Shown here piece by piece: positions 1 to 9,594 of a stretch of DNA of 64,000 nt. Source of the DNA: Gemmatimonadales bacterium (GTDB lineage Bacteria; Gemmatimonadota; Gemmatimonadetes; Gemmatimonadales; GWC2-71-9). The position numbers were made by a program, and so were the translations under genes. Below the pieces are notes generated by a model. That model saw only the letters and a program-made list of their open reading frames with translations, did no database searches and was not told the DNA's origin. Location: NCBI GenBank assembly GCA_965249575.1, contig OZ252244.1, forward strand, positions 3,296,001 through 3,360,000, written 5' to 3'. Within the stretch, counting starts at the first letter, position 1. The number at the start of each line of letters is the position of its first letter.

Positions 1-150
1 CATCCTCCACGATGGGCAAGAGGCGCGAGTCCTCGAGCGCAGCCAGCCGATGGCCAAGGCCGCTGAGATATGCCTCGTTAGAGGCGAATGAACGAAAGCT
101 CTCAGGACTCCGATGACGGACGAGCATGACCACGTCCCAACGCTCATGCT
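1..150 (-). pseudogene. DUF1330-like protein, C-terminal fragment running off the window edge
   Basis: Manual minus-strand translation HERWDVVMLVRHRSPESFRSFASNEAYLSGLGHRLAALEDSRLLPIVED; no N-terminal part upstream. Confidence 0.55.
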
Positions 151-246
151 GCTGATGGGTCCGAGTTGCTCCCTTGGGAGGCGCCGCCGCCTTAACTAGA
201 AATTGGACTGACCAGCGTATCTCCATATGCTACCAGCCGCTCGTGC

Positions 247-549
247 TACCGCCCCTCGCGCTGGCCCTTTCCCGAGCAGCTCCCGGCGCTCGAGTACCCA
301 GGACACTTCCTCGTCAAACCCGTCGCCAACGCCGGCACATTCCGGCTCAAGCACCGCCTCCTGGTCATCGCGGACGCCCTCAAGCAGCACCACATCGGCT
401 TAGAGGAGATCGACGACCGCACCTGGTCCATCTACTTCGGCACCGTCCTCCTCGGCCGGGTGGGCGAGCACGACTTCATCATCCGGGACTGACCGGAAGT
501 GTTACCCATGTTCCGGGTTTATTCTGTCACCCATGTTCCCGGTTGCTCA
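247..549 (+). mobile_element. IS481-family remnant: transposase C-terminus plus right end
   Basis: Frame YRPSRWPFPEQLPALEYPGHFLVKPVANAGTFRLKHR...IGLEEIDDRTWSIYFGTVLLG..* (stop 490-492), followed by tandem TGTYACCCATGTTCC boxes at 500 and 525 that resemble IS481-type terminal repeats. Confidence 0.7.
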
Positions 550-700
550 TTGTTGTGTTCCAAAGTTATTACTACATGTTCCTTCTTGTGCCCTTTTTTG
601 ACATACCTGTGCGCCTCGGCAGTCTGTTCCAACGGATAGCGTCTATCGATGACCGATTTTATCTTTCCCGCCTCAATAAGCTCTGTGAGGAAGATTAGAT
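550..700 (-). pseudogene. Zn-binding dehydrogenase/quinone reductase, C-terminal fragment
   Basis: [40 protein letters not shown] is the typical MDR-family C-terminus; no N-terminus present. Confidence 0.65.
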
Positions 701-751
701 CCGGAGCTGCCGGTCTCATTCGCCGTCGATGAGCCGGACGCGACGATCGCG

Positions 752-1990
752 TTGACCGGGGTGCAGGTCATCACGATGAATGCGGGCCGCGACGTGCTCG
801 AGAATGCCACGGTTCTCGTTGAAGGCAATCGTGTTGCCGCCGTCGGTTCCAACGTGGCCATCCCACGAGGCGCGCAGGTGTACGATCTCCCTAGGCACAC
901 CGTGATGCCGGGAATAGTGGATGCCCATGCCCACTACAAAGCGCTCTTGTCGCAGACCAATGTCATCGAGCAACGGTTGCCGCGCCTCCAAGCCGCGCTG
1001 GCCCACGGGGTCACCACGATGTACGAGCTCTATGGAACAGCGGAGAAGGACTTCTGGGTGTCGGACATGGTGCGGCGAGGAGCGATCATCGGGCCGCGGC
1101 TCTTCTCAGTCGGCTCCCCGATGTACGGCCTTCGCCACTTCCGCCCCAAGCTATACCGCCCGGTCACGTCCTTGAGCGACGCTGGGGAACACGTGGGGTA
1201 CAACCAGGAACACGGTGCCACAGCCATCAAGGACTATGTGAACTTCACTCGGGCCGTCCGGCACCAGATTGCCACCGCAGCCCGGGAGCTCAGGATCAAT
1301 CTGGTGGCCGAGTCTGCCGGCGACGCCCCGATGAATTTCACGCAGATCGTGGACGGGCTCACGGGGCTCGAGCACTCCATGGGCCTAACCCCGTTGTACG
1401 ACGACGTGATTCAGCTGTTCAAGGCATCCAAGATTGGCGTCACGCCGACGCTTCTAGTCGTCTACAACGGACCCGCGGGTCAATCCTTCTTCAATCAGTC
1501 GGAACGCCTGTGGGAGAATCCGAAACTCCTGAATTTCGCGCGGCGCGATCAGCTTCTGGCATTCCGACGGTCCACCCACTTCTGGCCGGACGATGTCTAC
1601 GCTCCAGAGATGGCTGCCGAGATGAAGAAGCTGTTCGATGCGGGGGTACTGGTGCAGATGGGCGGACATGGCCAGATGTTCGGCCTCGACGCCCACTGGG
1701 AGATGGAGCTGTTCGTGCAGGGCGGGTTTTCGCCCATGGATGTCATTCAGATGGCGACCATCAATGGCGCGAAGTACCACGGTCTCGACGGCGACCTGGG
1801 GTCCATCGAGGCGGGCAAACTCGCAGATTTGGTCATCATGCGGGATAGCCCCCTGACCGACATCCGCAACAGCCGCTCGGTGGTGTACGTAATGAAGAAC
1901 GGCGTACTGTATGATGGAAACGACGTGTCACGGGTCTTTCCCGACCCAGCTCCGAACGGGAAGATGTACTTCATGCGCGGGCAGCAGTGA
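752..1990 (+). CDS. Amidohydrolase family protein, probably 5'-truncated
   Basis: [10 protein letters not shown] metal motif and [13 protein letters not shown] motif; the frame is open from ~700 with no convincing start or RBS. Confidence 0.8.
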   Translation: MTGVQVITMNAGRDVLENATVLVEGNRVAAVGSNVAIPRGAQVYDLPRHTVMPGIVDAHAHYKALLSQTNVIEQRLPRLQAALAHGVTTMYELYGTAEKDFWVSDMVRRGAIIGPRLFSVGSPMYGLRHFRPKLYRPVTSLSDAGEHVGYNQEHGATAIKDYVNFTRAVRHQIATAARELRINLVAESAGDAPMNFTQIVDGLTGLEHSMGLTPLYDDVIQLFKASKIGVTPTLLVVYNGPAGQSFFNQSERLWENPKLLNFARRDQLLAFRRSTHFWPDDVYAPEMAAEMKKLFDAGVLVQMGGHGQMFGLDAHWEMELFVQGGFSPMDVIQMATINGAKYHGLDGDLGSIEAGKLADLVIMRDSPLTDIRNSRSVVYVMKNGVLYDGNDVSRVFPDPAPNGKMYFMRGQQ

Positions 1991-2050
1991 TGATTGGAAG
2001 AGGTGATTGAACTACCTAGCAAGGCGGGGGGCCGCCACATCAAAAAACTT

Positions 2051-2196
2051 TGTGTGCAATTGTGTGCCAACTCAGCCAAACACACCCAAACTCAGCCGCA
2101 CTGAGAAAAAGAACTCGACCTCGTAAGCCCTAACGCAGCAATACCTAACACCCCTCAGCGATACGCAGACAACGCAGCCAAACTTGCCCAGACTAA
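2051..2196 (+). repeat. att left arm of 'TGTGCCAA' type; near-identical copy at 24638-24784
   Basis: ~145-bp non-coding sequence repeated directly upstream of two tRNA-Pro fragments; begins with tandem TGTG(T/C)CAA-like boxes. Confidence 0.8.
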
Positions 2197-2240
2197 ATGG
2201 GGTTCAGGGGGTCGCGGGTTCAAATCCCGCCGTCCCGACT
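2197..2240 (+). repeat. 3' half of tRNA-Pro(GGG); att core 1
   Basis: ATGGGGTTCAGGGGGTCGCGGGTTCAAATCCCGCCGTCCCGA: anticodon loop, T-arm GCGGG-TTCAAAT-CCCGC and acceptor strand; no D-arm or 5' half upstream. Confidence 0.9.
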
Positions 2241-2249
2241 TCCGAAGTG

Positions 2250-2284
2250 CCGAGGGAGCAAGGCGTTCGCTCCCTCGGTTTTGT
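2250..2284 (+). terminator. Intrinsic-terminator-like hairpin between att core and integrase stop
   Basis: CCGAGGGAGC-N9-GCTCCCTCGG followed by TTTTG. Confidence 0.6.
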
Positions 2285-2286
2285 TG

Positions 2287-3567
2287 CTACCCGGCGTGGG
2301 GTTGCCGTTCGGGTTGCTGTTTCTCCGGGTTCACGCCCGCGTCGTGCAGTGGGCGTCGGCTTTCCATTACGGTCCGGAGCGTGTCGTGGTCCGGCTGCTG
2401 GTAACACTCGAGCAGCGTGGCCACATCCTTCCACCCGCCAGCAGCTGCGACATCCTTGAGCGGAAGGTGCTTGCGCTCGGTCGCCCACTTGCGCCGGTAC
2501 GGATGCCACCGTCCACCCTCAAGCTTCGGTACTTCCGCCTGCCGCTCGGCGACGGCGAGCCACTTGTCGAACAGGTGCCGGTCCATCGGGGCTTTCCCGT
2601 CGGATTCCCGGGCGAAGACCCATCCGGCGATCGTGCCGAGGCGCGTTCGAAAGTGACGGACCTCGTTAAGCAACCGGGACGGAAGCGGGACCACACTCTC
2701 GCGCCGCTTCTTGTCCGCCTCGGCCCGCCACCGAATGGTGGCACGCTCGACATCGATGTCCTCCCACCGGAGCTGCCGAATCGCACTCAACCGTCGGCCC
2801 GTCCCCTCCGCGAGCAGGAGGGCCAACTCCACCTTGATCCAGCGGTGCCGCTCGACCGCGGTAGTCGCTGCCTCCCCCAACTGCTGCATGGCGGCGCGGG
2901 TCTTTGCAAACCGTTCGCAGGTCGCGATCGGTCGCCTCGGGTTGGGCTCCCGTGGTCGGCGAATACCGGCCAACGGGTTCTCTTGGAGCCACCGTGTACC
3001 ATTCGGCTGGCGCACGGTGGTTGCCCACCGGAGCATCGTGTTGAGCGTCACGAGATCGGCGGCGACGGTCTGTGCCCGTACGGGCTTGGTGATCCCGCCC
3101 GAGCGACGCTGAATACCGCCCGCCCGCCGTGCGGCTTCGTACTGTCGGACGTCGTGTTCGGTGAGCGTCGCGACCTCGCAGTCCTCACCGAAGAACCCGA
3201 GTAACACGTCGGCGTGTGCTGCTGCGTCCGTTTGTGCCGCGGTGGTGTTCGCCGCGAACGTAGGTGCTTCGTGACGATAGCGGTTCCAGAGGGTGTGCAG
3301 CGTGACCACGGATCGCTCCGCGATCGGGGCCCCCTGGAGTAACCCGGCGAGCAGGGCTCGCCCATGGTGTTCCGCGTCGCCGCGGTCCGTGGTGTGTAAC
3401 GACGCCACGTCCCGCCCCACGCCCGGGATCCAGACGGCCCGGTAGAACATTCCCCCACGTCGGTTTTGAAAGAGCCGGACCCGCGTCCCACGTTCCCCAA
3501 GCGAGCGGGTCCATCCACCACACTTGCTTCTCGTCCACTCGGTGCGCCGCGGCTTACGAGGTGCCAT
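2287..3567 (-). CDS. int: Tyrosine recombinase / phage integrase
   Basis: Catalytic set GTGRRLSAI (R), WHPYRR (HxxR), GGWKD (W), LECY (Y); AAGGAGG RBS before ATG at 3567; adjacent to att core. Confidence 0.92.
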   Translation of the reverse strand: MAPRKPRRTEWTRSKCGGWTRSLGERGTRVRLFQNRRGGMFYRAVWIPGVGRDVASLHTTDRGDAEHHGRALLAGLLQGAPIAERSVVTLHTLWNRYRHEAPTFAANTTAAQTDAAAHADVLLGFFGEDCEVATLTEHDVRQYEAARRAGGIQRRSGGITKPVRAQTVAADLVTLNTMLRWATTVRQPNGTRWLQENPLAGIRRPREPNPRRPIATCERFAKTRAAMQQLGEAATTAVERHRWIKVELALLLAEGTGRRLSAIRQLRWEDIDVERATIRWRAEADKKRRESVVPLPSRLLNEVRHFRTRLGTIAGWVFARESDGKAPMDRHLFDKWLAVAERQAEVPKLEGGRWHPYRRKWATERKHLPLKDVAAAGGWKDVATLLECYQQPDHDTLRTVMESRRPLHDAGVNPEKQQPERQPHAG

Positions 3568-3937
3568 GAGCGCCTCCTTTCCGTCGGCCAACGAGCTTCC
3601 GAGCGTCGGTAACTGGATCATACGCGCCGTGGTCCGCGTGAGCAACGGCCACCGTGGGGCGGATTGGGAGATCCCCGCGGCGAATGCGCGGGGCCCCCCG
3701 TCTCCCGGCGTTGGGAATCGTGCCTTCGCGAATAAGGCGACCGAGATGGTCAGCCGAGTACCCCGAGAGCGCAGCCGCTTCGCGAAGGGGGAGAAGCTCC
3801 TCCGTATCAGCGGTGTGCACCGCGGCGAGGTCTTGCAAGATCTCTCGGCAGAGAACTACACCATCCACGAGAGCGTGCAGTTGCTGAAGTTCCGTCAGCC
3901 GGGTCTGCCATTTTTCGACGAACGCTGCCGCCCTCAT
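3554..3937 (-). CDS. Excisionase-like helix-turn-helix protein
   Basis: LLPLREAAALSGYSADHLGRLIREGTIP resembles HTH_17/Xis; overlaps the integrase start. Confidence 0.75.
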   Translation of the reverse strand: MRAAAFVEKWQTRLTELQQLHALVDGVVLCREILQDLAAVHTADTEELLPLREAAALSGYSADHLGRLIREGTIPNAGRRGAPRIRRGDLPIRPTVAVAHADHGAYDPVTDARKLVGRRKGGAHGTS

Positions 3938-4003
3938 GATGCGCCGACCCGCGACGGCGTAGAGAACGCTAGATCGTGATCGATCGACTCGTCGGGATCA
4001 GGC

Positions 4004-6382
4004 TCACGCAAGGCGACCCGCGGAACCCCATGCGGCGGGTTGTGGGTTCACGCCACTTGTCAAAGCCCGGTTCTTGAGCAGCTGAGCAAAACGCTTCATT
4101 GAGCCAGGGTGCTCACCACGTCCGTTGGCCCATTCTTGCCAATCAGTGAACAACTCGGAGGTCGTCGCGGTGCTGGTGGGTGCAACGTCGCAGCATTCCG
4201 CGATCCAGGAACCGAGTGCGTCCTCGTCTTGGAAGTATTCTTCGGTCGCCGCGGCCACGATGGGCGGCGGGGCCAGGCCTTCGCGTTGCCAGTCCAGACA
4301 GCCCTGGATCATCCACGCGAGGATGGCACCGGCCTCGGCGCGGAGCTTCTCCGGGAGGTCGGGATCAGGCTCCTCCGGCTTGTGGGTGAACGGCACGAGA
4401 TGCAGGCGCCGCCGTATCGCGTCATCCACGTTGGATAGTTGTGGTCGGTGGTTCCCGACGAGCAGCAACGTGAACTGCGGCTGGAAGGTGAAGAAATCCC
4501 GGTAGACGAGGCGAGCCGTGAGTGGATCGCCACCTGAGAGGCTCTTGAGGCGAGCCTCGTTCCACGTCCCGCGGCTGTCGGTCTCGCTTGCGGCCACGAG
4601 ACGCGCACCCCGCAGGGCGGCGATCTCGGTTGGGTGTCGGTCATACGTCGTCGCGAGGAACGTACTCATGGGTGCTTCGGTCGCGTAGTCGCCGAGCACG
4701 TGCGCCAGTGTGTTGAGGAAGACGGACTTGCCGTTGCCGCCACCCCCGTGGACGAATACGACGACATGCTCGCTGACGCTCCCCGTCACACAGTAGCCGG
4801 CGAGTCGTTGGAGGTAGCGTTGGAGCTCCTGATCGCCGCGTGTCGCTTCGTGGAGGAACTGCAGCCAACGCGTGGCGTCGCCGTCACGATCAACGCGGGC
4901 TGTTGTCGTCTTGGTGAGGTGGGTGGTGGGATTGTTGGGGTGGGTTTCTGCTGTGCGGAGGTCGATCATGCCGGCGGGTGTGTTTAGGATCCATAGATCC
5001 GCATCGAACTCGTCTGGCGTAAGCACGACGCGAGAATCCGAACTAGGCAACTCCAGGATGTTGGTGACCTTCGCTCTGGCGCTCAGGGTTCGCGCGAGCC
5101 GCAGGCCCTTCGCTTGTTCTTGCGGTGTAACGCCTGATCGGGCGACTCGATCGGCGATTGTGCGAAGGGTCGCCTTCGCAAGTTCGTGCGCACGCAGCCG
5201 AACGTCACGCGACCAGCGGACCCCGTCCCACGTATACCACGCCTTCTCCAACGGCACGTAGCGAAGGACCGGCCCGTGTTCGTTGATGAACGTGTCTGCG
5301 AGGTCTTGTTCGGAGTACAGTATGGCCGCTGGTGTGTCTCCCTGCTCCTCGGTGAGATCGGCCTCGAAGTCCAGCGCCGCATCAGCAAACCCGTGGCCGC
5401 GGGCGAGGTCCCTGATGTAGTCCCACCCGATCTCGTACGGTGACTGCATCCGCTCCCAGTCCGACCGTACGGTCTCGGGAGTGTTCCCGTCATAGTGATC
5501 CTCTCCTTCCCAGAACGCCCATGCAGAGAAGATCTCGAACCCGGCCTCGGGTTCGTCCTGGCTGGCGGCGCGGATGGCGTAGCCCATGCGGATGTAGTCG
5601 TCGCGACCTGGGAACTCCGCGTTCGTGTTGGGAATGCACCGGACGGCTTCGCGCAGGACCTCAATGCGTGGGGCTTTGAGGTGCGCTTGATTGATGCTGC
5701 TGCGGTCTGCGTGCGAACCGCCGCGGCCTTCTCGGCGGCAGGTGAACCCCTGAGGTTCCAATGCGTGTTGTAGGGAGCTCAGGAAGCGCTCGACCGCGTC
5801 CCGATCGATCGTCGTGAGTTGGTCGGGAGTGAGCTGATCGATATCGCAATCCCACCGGTAGGGCTGGTTGGTCTTCGGGTGGATCCCGGTGGCGACGAAC
5901 TGCTGCCCGGCACCGAGGACCTCGACGAGATGCTCATTGCCGTTCTCGGAGTCCTTGATCCACAGGCGGAGCCGCCGAAACGGATCGACTGTCCTGTAGA
6001 GCAAGAGTTGTTTCGGTGCTTGCCCGATGCGGGACGGTGCGGGTCCGAGCGCATCACGGGCGATCTCGGCGATCCGGCGCGAGAGGCCGTCGTTCGTGCA
6101 GTCAATATCGACGGCGGGGAAGCGTGCCGTGCGGAGCCCGATGTTCGCGCCATCGCGCGCCCACTGCTCGGCGTCGGCGGCTGTGGTCTCGTGCTTCAGC
6201 CACTGGTGAAAGCCGACCCAGGTACCATCGGGGAGTTTCTTGCCAGGAACCTTTCCTCGCTGGTCGGCGCGGAGCCGAGAGGTCGGGGAGAGGAGCGCGG
6301 CAGGTGGGAGTACGGAAATAATGTCAGTGAAGCCGTGACCGAACAGTGTGGTCGCGGCGCGTGGTGTTGTTCCGGGTTCCAT
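4004..6382 (-). CDS. P4-family primase-helicase (prim-pol N-terminus, PriCT-like, D5_N, SF3 helicase)
   Basis: N-terminal NIGLRT..PAVDID prim-pol motif; Walker A HGGGGNGKS; LRGARLVAASE, LKSLSGGD and DDAIRRRLHLVPF motifs; probable 1-bp frameshift near the C-terminus (~4068). Confidence 0.92.
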   Translation of the reverse strand: MEPGTTPRAATTLFGHGFTDIISVLPPAALLSPTSRLRADQRGKVPGKKLPDGTWVGFHQWLKHETTAADAEQWARDGANIGLRTARFPAVDIDCTNDGLSRRIAEIARDALGPAPSRIGQAPKQLLLYRTVDPFRRLRLWIKDSENGNEHLVEVLGAGQQFVATGIHPKTNQPYRWDCDIDQLTPDQLTTIDRDAVERFLSSLQHALEPQGFTCRREGRGGSHADRSSINQAHLKAPRIEVLREAVRCIPNTNAEFPGRDDYIRMGYAIRAASQDEPEAGFEIFSAWAFWEGEDHYDGNTPETVRSDWERMQSPYEIGWDYIRDLARGHGFADAALDFEADLTEEQGDTPAAILYSEQDLADTFINEHGPVLRYVPLEKAWYTWDGVRWSRDVRLRAHELAKATLRTIADRVARSGVTPQEQAKGLRLARTLSARAKVTNILELPSSDSRVVLTPDEFDADLWILNTPAGMIDLRTAETHPNNPTTHLTKTTTARVDRDGDATRWLQFLHEATRGDQELQRYLQRLAGYCVTGSVSEHVVVFVHGGGGNGKSVFLNTLAHVLGDYATEAPMSTFLATTYDRHPTEIAALRGARLVAASETDSRGTWNEARLKSLSGGDPLTARLVYRDFFTFQPQFTLLLVGNHRPQLSNVDDAIRRRLHLVPFTHKPEEPDPDLPEKLRAEAGAILAWMIQGCLDWQREGLAPPPIVAAATEEYFQDEDALGSWIAECCDVAPTSTATTSELFTDWQEWANGRGEHPGSMKRFAQLLKNRALTSGVNPQPAAWGSAGRLA

Positions 6383-6561
6383 TCGAATCGTCCTCGGTAA
6401 TGTCGTGCGGCTGTGAATGAGGTTCGCGCTACACAAGGCAGCGTGACCGCGGTTAGTGCGGTCCGGATTCCTCTCGTTCACAATCCGCCGTCGATGAGGA
6501 CGAGTCGGGTTGCTGTGAGATCGGTGGAGGTCCACGACCAGTGGTCCTACGAGTACTGTCG

Positions 6562-6754
6562 GTGGTGCGGTGGGCGAGAGCTTGGGAGTGGGTTGGCCGA
6601 CCCCATGTCGGCTCCACACGGTGCCCGGACTCGCGAGGAGTGTCCCGGGCCTCTCGGGTGAACGGTTGTGGTGCGGGCGGTGCGAGGTTTGGGAGTGGGT
6701 TGGCCAGCTTCAGGAATGCTGGCTCCGCACGGTGTCCGGACTCAGGCGGAGTGT
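6562..6754. ncRNA. Two tandem ~85-nt copies of a candidate structured RNA upstream of the primase
   Basis: Copies at 6562-6643 and 6668-6754 share TTGGGAGTGGGTTGGCC...GGCTCCRCACGGTGYCCGGACTC...GAGTGT, with a compensatory hairpin change. Confidence 0.45.
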
Positions 6755-7131
6755 ATCGAACGTCTCGCAACGCCCTGCGCTGCTGCTGTCTTCCCACCTC
6801 GTGTCAATCGGCGCATCGCTTCGCGCCAGGCACGTGCAGGCGGGGGGGGGGAAGGATGGGAAGGATCCCCCGAAACTCGATTCCTACGCGGAAAACACCT
6901 GGAGGTTTCCCGTGGGCGACGAGTATCAGATCATCCTTCCGATGCTTTCGGGCTGGACTCGATGCGCTGCAGAATGGCTTCCGGGGCTCTAGACGGCCGA
7001 AGCTCGGGCCCCGGTACGTGAAATGTTGGGCTGCTCAAGGCCCTATGTCAACGTAACCTAGCAATATAACACATCGGACGCCATTTTTGCAGTGCTGTCA
7101 GGTCACGCGGGGCGATTGGTCCGGCGGAGGT

Positions 7132-7417
7132 GGTGACTTGGGTGACTGAACGGTTTCAGCTCCAGTCACCCTCTAACTCGATATCCCGATAGGCTTTACC
7201 CCTGCTGGTGACCAGGGTGACTGAATATCGGTGCATATGACGCGTAGAGTAGTGTACTGTAATGTCTAACATTACAATGTGTGTGTATACGCCTGATAAT
7301 AATGGATTTCTGTCACCTCAGTCACCAATATGGGTTAACCCCTTCTCACATATACACTTGACAAGGTGACTGAAATCGGGAACTCAGTCACCCGAAAACG
7401 CCGTCACCTCAGTCACC
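7132..7417. other. Putative replication origin: GGTGAC(TG) iterons around an AT-rich core
   Basis: GGTGAC at 7132, 7141, 7207, 7216, 7365; GTCACC at 7165, 7312, 7321, 7387, 7403, 7412; central inverted repeat TGTAATGT-CTA-ACATTACA at 7258-7276. Confidence 0.75.
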
Positions 7418-7646
7418 GGATGTAAGTGTCAACCCTGTAACAAGTTAGAGCTGGGTAGATGATGGACACGCAATCGCCCACCATCTGCTGACTCGCCGGA
7501 CTACTTGACCGGCAGGCGAGTGCGTACCGTTGGCACGCGTGGACCGTGACCTCGAGGGCGCGACCGGTCTGGCAGAATCACGCTTGTCACGTTTCTCGAG
7601 ATCCCGATGACCAGATGACCCGATCCACGCACCTCGCAACCACCCC

Positions 7647-7700
7647 GGTGACGGAGGTGACGGAGGTGACGGAGGTGACGGAGGTGACGGAGGTGACGGG
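7647..7700 (+). repeat. 9-bp tandem repeat (GGTGACGGA) x6
   Basis: Read directly from the sequence; the second copy at 25370-25432 has 7 units. Confidence 0.95.
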
Positions 7701-7757
7701 TTTTCCGGGTTCCGTGTGGCTCAGAACGAACAGGTGACGTAGGTCGGGAGGTCGGGA

Positions 7758-9014
7758 CTAGAGACCCGGGAACAGATCCCGATCCGGCCACGTCGTGATG
7801 GACTCCGCCGCACGGCGAAGTGCTGGGAGCATCCGCTCGGCGTCTTCTCGGCTACCGGCATTTCCATTGAGCAGGAGCGCAAACTGCGTTCGGCCGGCAC
7901 AAGCCAGTAACGCGGTCGTCCCGGGGAGATCACCCCGGTGGTACCATGCGGGGCCATCCTTTCCGCGGTCGACCACCCATCCCATCGCATAGTACTCGGA
8001 GTCGGGATTCGCTGTCTCGTGTGGCGACGTCATCGCCTGCACGGTTTCCGCCTTCAGAAGGTCGGGCCTAGTCGGATTGAGGTCGATGGCGGTGAGGAAG
8101 CGCAGGAGATCCGGCGCCGAAGCCAACCAGCCTCCGTGAGCATCCATCGCCTCGATCGAGAACCCGCCGTACGGGACGGGTACGGTATCCTCCGTACCAG
8201 GGAAGACGGTGCGGACTCGGCGGTCATCGTGGTACCGGACCTCGGCCTCAGCCCGATGCCTCAAGAGGCTCCGCGCCAGCCGCATGCGAACTGCGCCCGA
8301 CGGCTCCAACACCGCACGGCGGACGTAGTCTTCGTACCGCTCACCTGTTGCCGCCTCGATGATACGCCCGAGCACTGCGTAGCCAAAATTGGAATACGCC
8401 TGTCGGGTGCCGGGATAGAAGTCGAGTCGCCGTTCTAGCATGTACCGGATGATCGTTTCAACTGAGATCGGCGGTCGCTCCCTCATCGCCGCCGAGATCC
8501 TTCCGGGAGCGAGCATCGGGTCGAACCCGCTCTGCTGCCGGTCCCACCCACCAGCGTGGTACAAGAGATCGCCGACGGTGACGTCACGTATACGCGGATC
8601 GAAACTCGTCCCGACCGGCGGCCGCGCGATCAGATCAAGCATACGATCGTCCAGTGAAAGCCGGCCTTCGTCGACCAGTCTCAATACGGCCGCGGCGGTG
8701 ACCGGCTTTGAGACACTGGCGATGCGAAAGAGGGCTGTTGGTTGAACGTGATCGCCAGACGCGCGATCGGCGTACCCATAGCCACGGGCAAAGACAAGCC
8801 GACCATCCCGGGCTACCGCCATGGCCGCACCGGGCGCACCCGTTTGCCTCAGAATCGAGTGGACGACGAGGTCGAGTGCTTGGAGTTCAGGGGGAAGGGT
8901 GCCGGACGTCGGTACGTACTTCTGCGCTCCAACCGATTGCGTGCGCGCGACGGCTGTCCCGCTGATCGCCAGCAACACCCAGACAACCGGCAGAGCCCGC
9001 CGCGTGGCCGCCAC
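7758..9014 (-). CDS. Secreted serine hydrolase, beta-lactamase/AmpC-like family (copy 1)
   Basis: SVSK (SxxK), YSN and HRG motifs; N-terminal signal peptide. Confidence 0.9.
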   Translation of the reverse strand: MAATRRALPVVWVLLAISGTAVARTQSVGAQKYVPTSGTLPPELQALDLVVHSILRQTGAPGAAMAVARDGRLVFARGYGYADRASGDHVQPTALFRIASVSKPVTAAAVLRLVDEGRLSLDDRMLDLIARPPVGTSFDPRIRDVTVGDLLYHAGGWDRQQSGFDPMLAPGRISAAMRERPPISVETIIRYMLERRLDFYPGTRQAYSNFGYAVLGRIIEAATGERYEDYVRRAVLEPSGAVRMRLARSLLRHRAEAEVRYHDDRRVRTVFPGTEDTVPVPYGGFSIEAMDAHGGWLASAPDLLRFLTAIDLNPTRPDLLKAETVQAMTSPHETANPDSEYYAMGWVVDRGKDGPAWYHRGDLPGTTALLACAGRTQFALLLNGNAGSREDAERMLPALRRAAESITTWPDRDLFPGL

Positions 9015-9023
9015 AATAGCCGC

Positions 9024-9167
9024 TTACCGCCGGACCAGGTTGCTCAACTTGACGAAAACCCCGTCGTTGGTGCGCTGCACATCGTTGAGATGCGCTGCAC
9101 ATCGTTGAATTGAAGGGCGTTGGTCCCAGATATCGGCCTCCACTTGGGAGAAGTCGGGATGGACCAT
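9024..9167 (-). pseudogene. Internally collapsed DUF5916-like remnant
   Basis: VHPDFSQVEAD joined to RTNDGVFVKLSNL*; both match the 58-60.7 kb protein (VNPDFSQLEAD; RTSDGFFFKLSYL). Confidence 0.55.
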
Positions 9168-9594
9168 CACCCGCCCCGCAATATAGCCCCCCAACCACCG
9201 GGATTGTCGCGCGCCCGAGGACACAGCACCCGTGTATTCGGGAGCGACACAGGCCGGGGGGGTGACGCTGGGGACGCTTTTGATCTCCAGATCCCGATGA
9301 CACCATCGACGCACCTCGCGAACACCAAACCGACCCGGTGACTGAGGTGACGCATTTTCCGGGGTTCCGCGTGAGGACGCGTGGCTCGGAACCGGCCCGG
9401 TAAGACTGCTCGGGAGACCCCACTTGCAGGCTCCCACTTGTCCGAGGAGGTGCCACTAGTACCACATCGGTCGGGCTTTACGACACAAAGTAAGGGCAGG
9501 TTCCAGGGGTCTGGAGCCTGCCTCCTGCCGGATCCCCAGCCCCGGTCGCAGCCAATGAACCTTGGCGGCGCGGTGGGTTATGTTTGTCAATACG

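Noticed and set aside
2287..6382. Prophage
   Set aside because: No structural, terminase or lysis genes anywhere in the window.
7647..7700. CRISPR array or coding repeat (VTE/GDG/RHL ORFs)
   Set aside because: Spacer-less 9-bp tandem repeat, no cas genes; the ORFs are by-products of the repeat.
7758..9014. Antibiotic-resistance beta-lactamase
   Set aside because: Motifs support only the broad serine hydrolase family; HRG rather than KTG, and substrate cannot be inferred.
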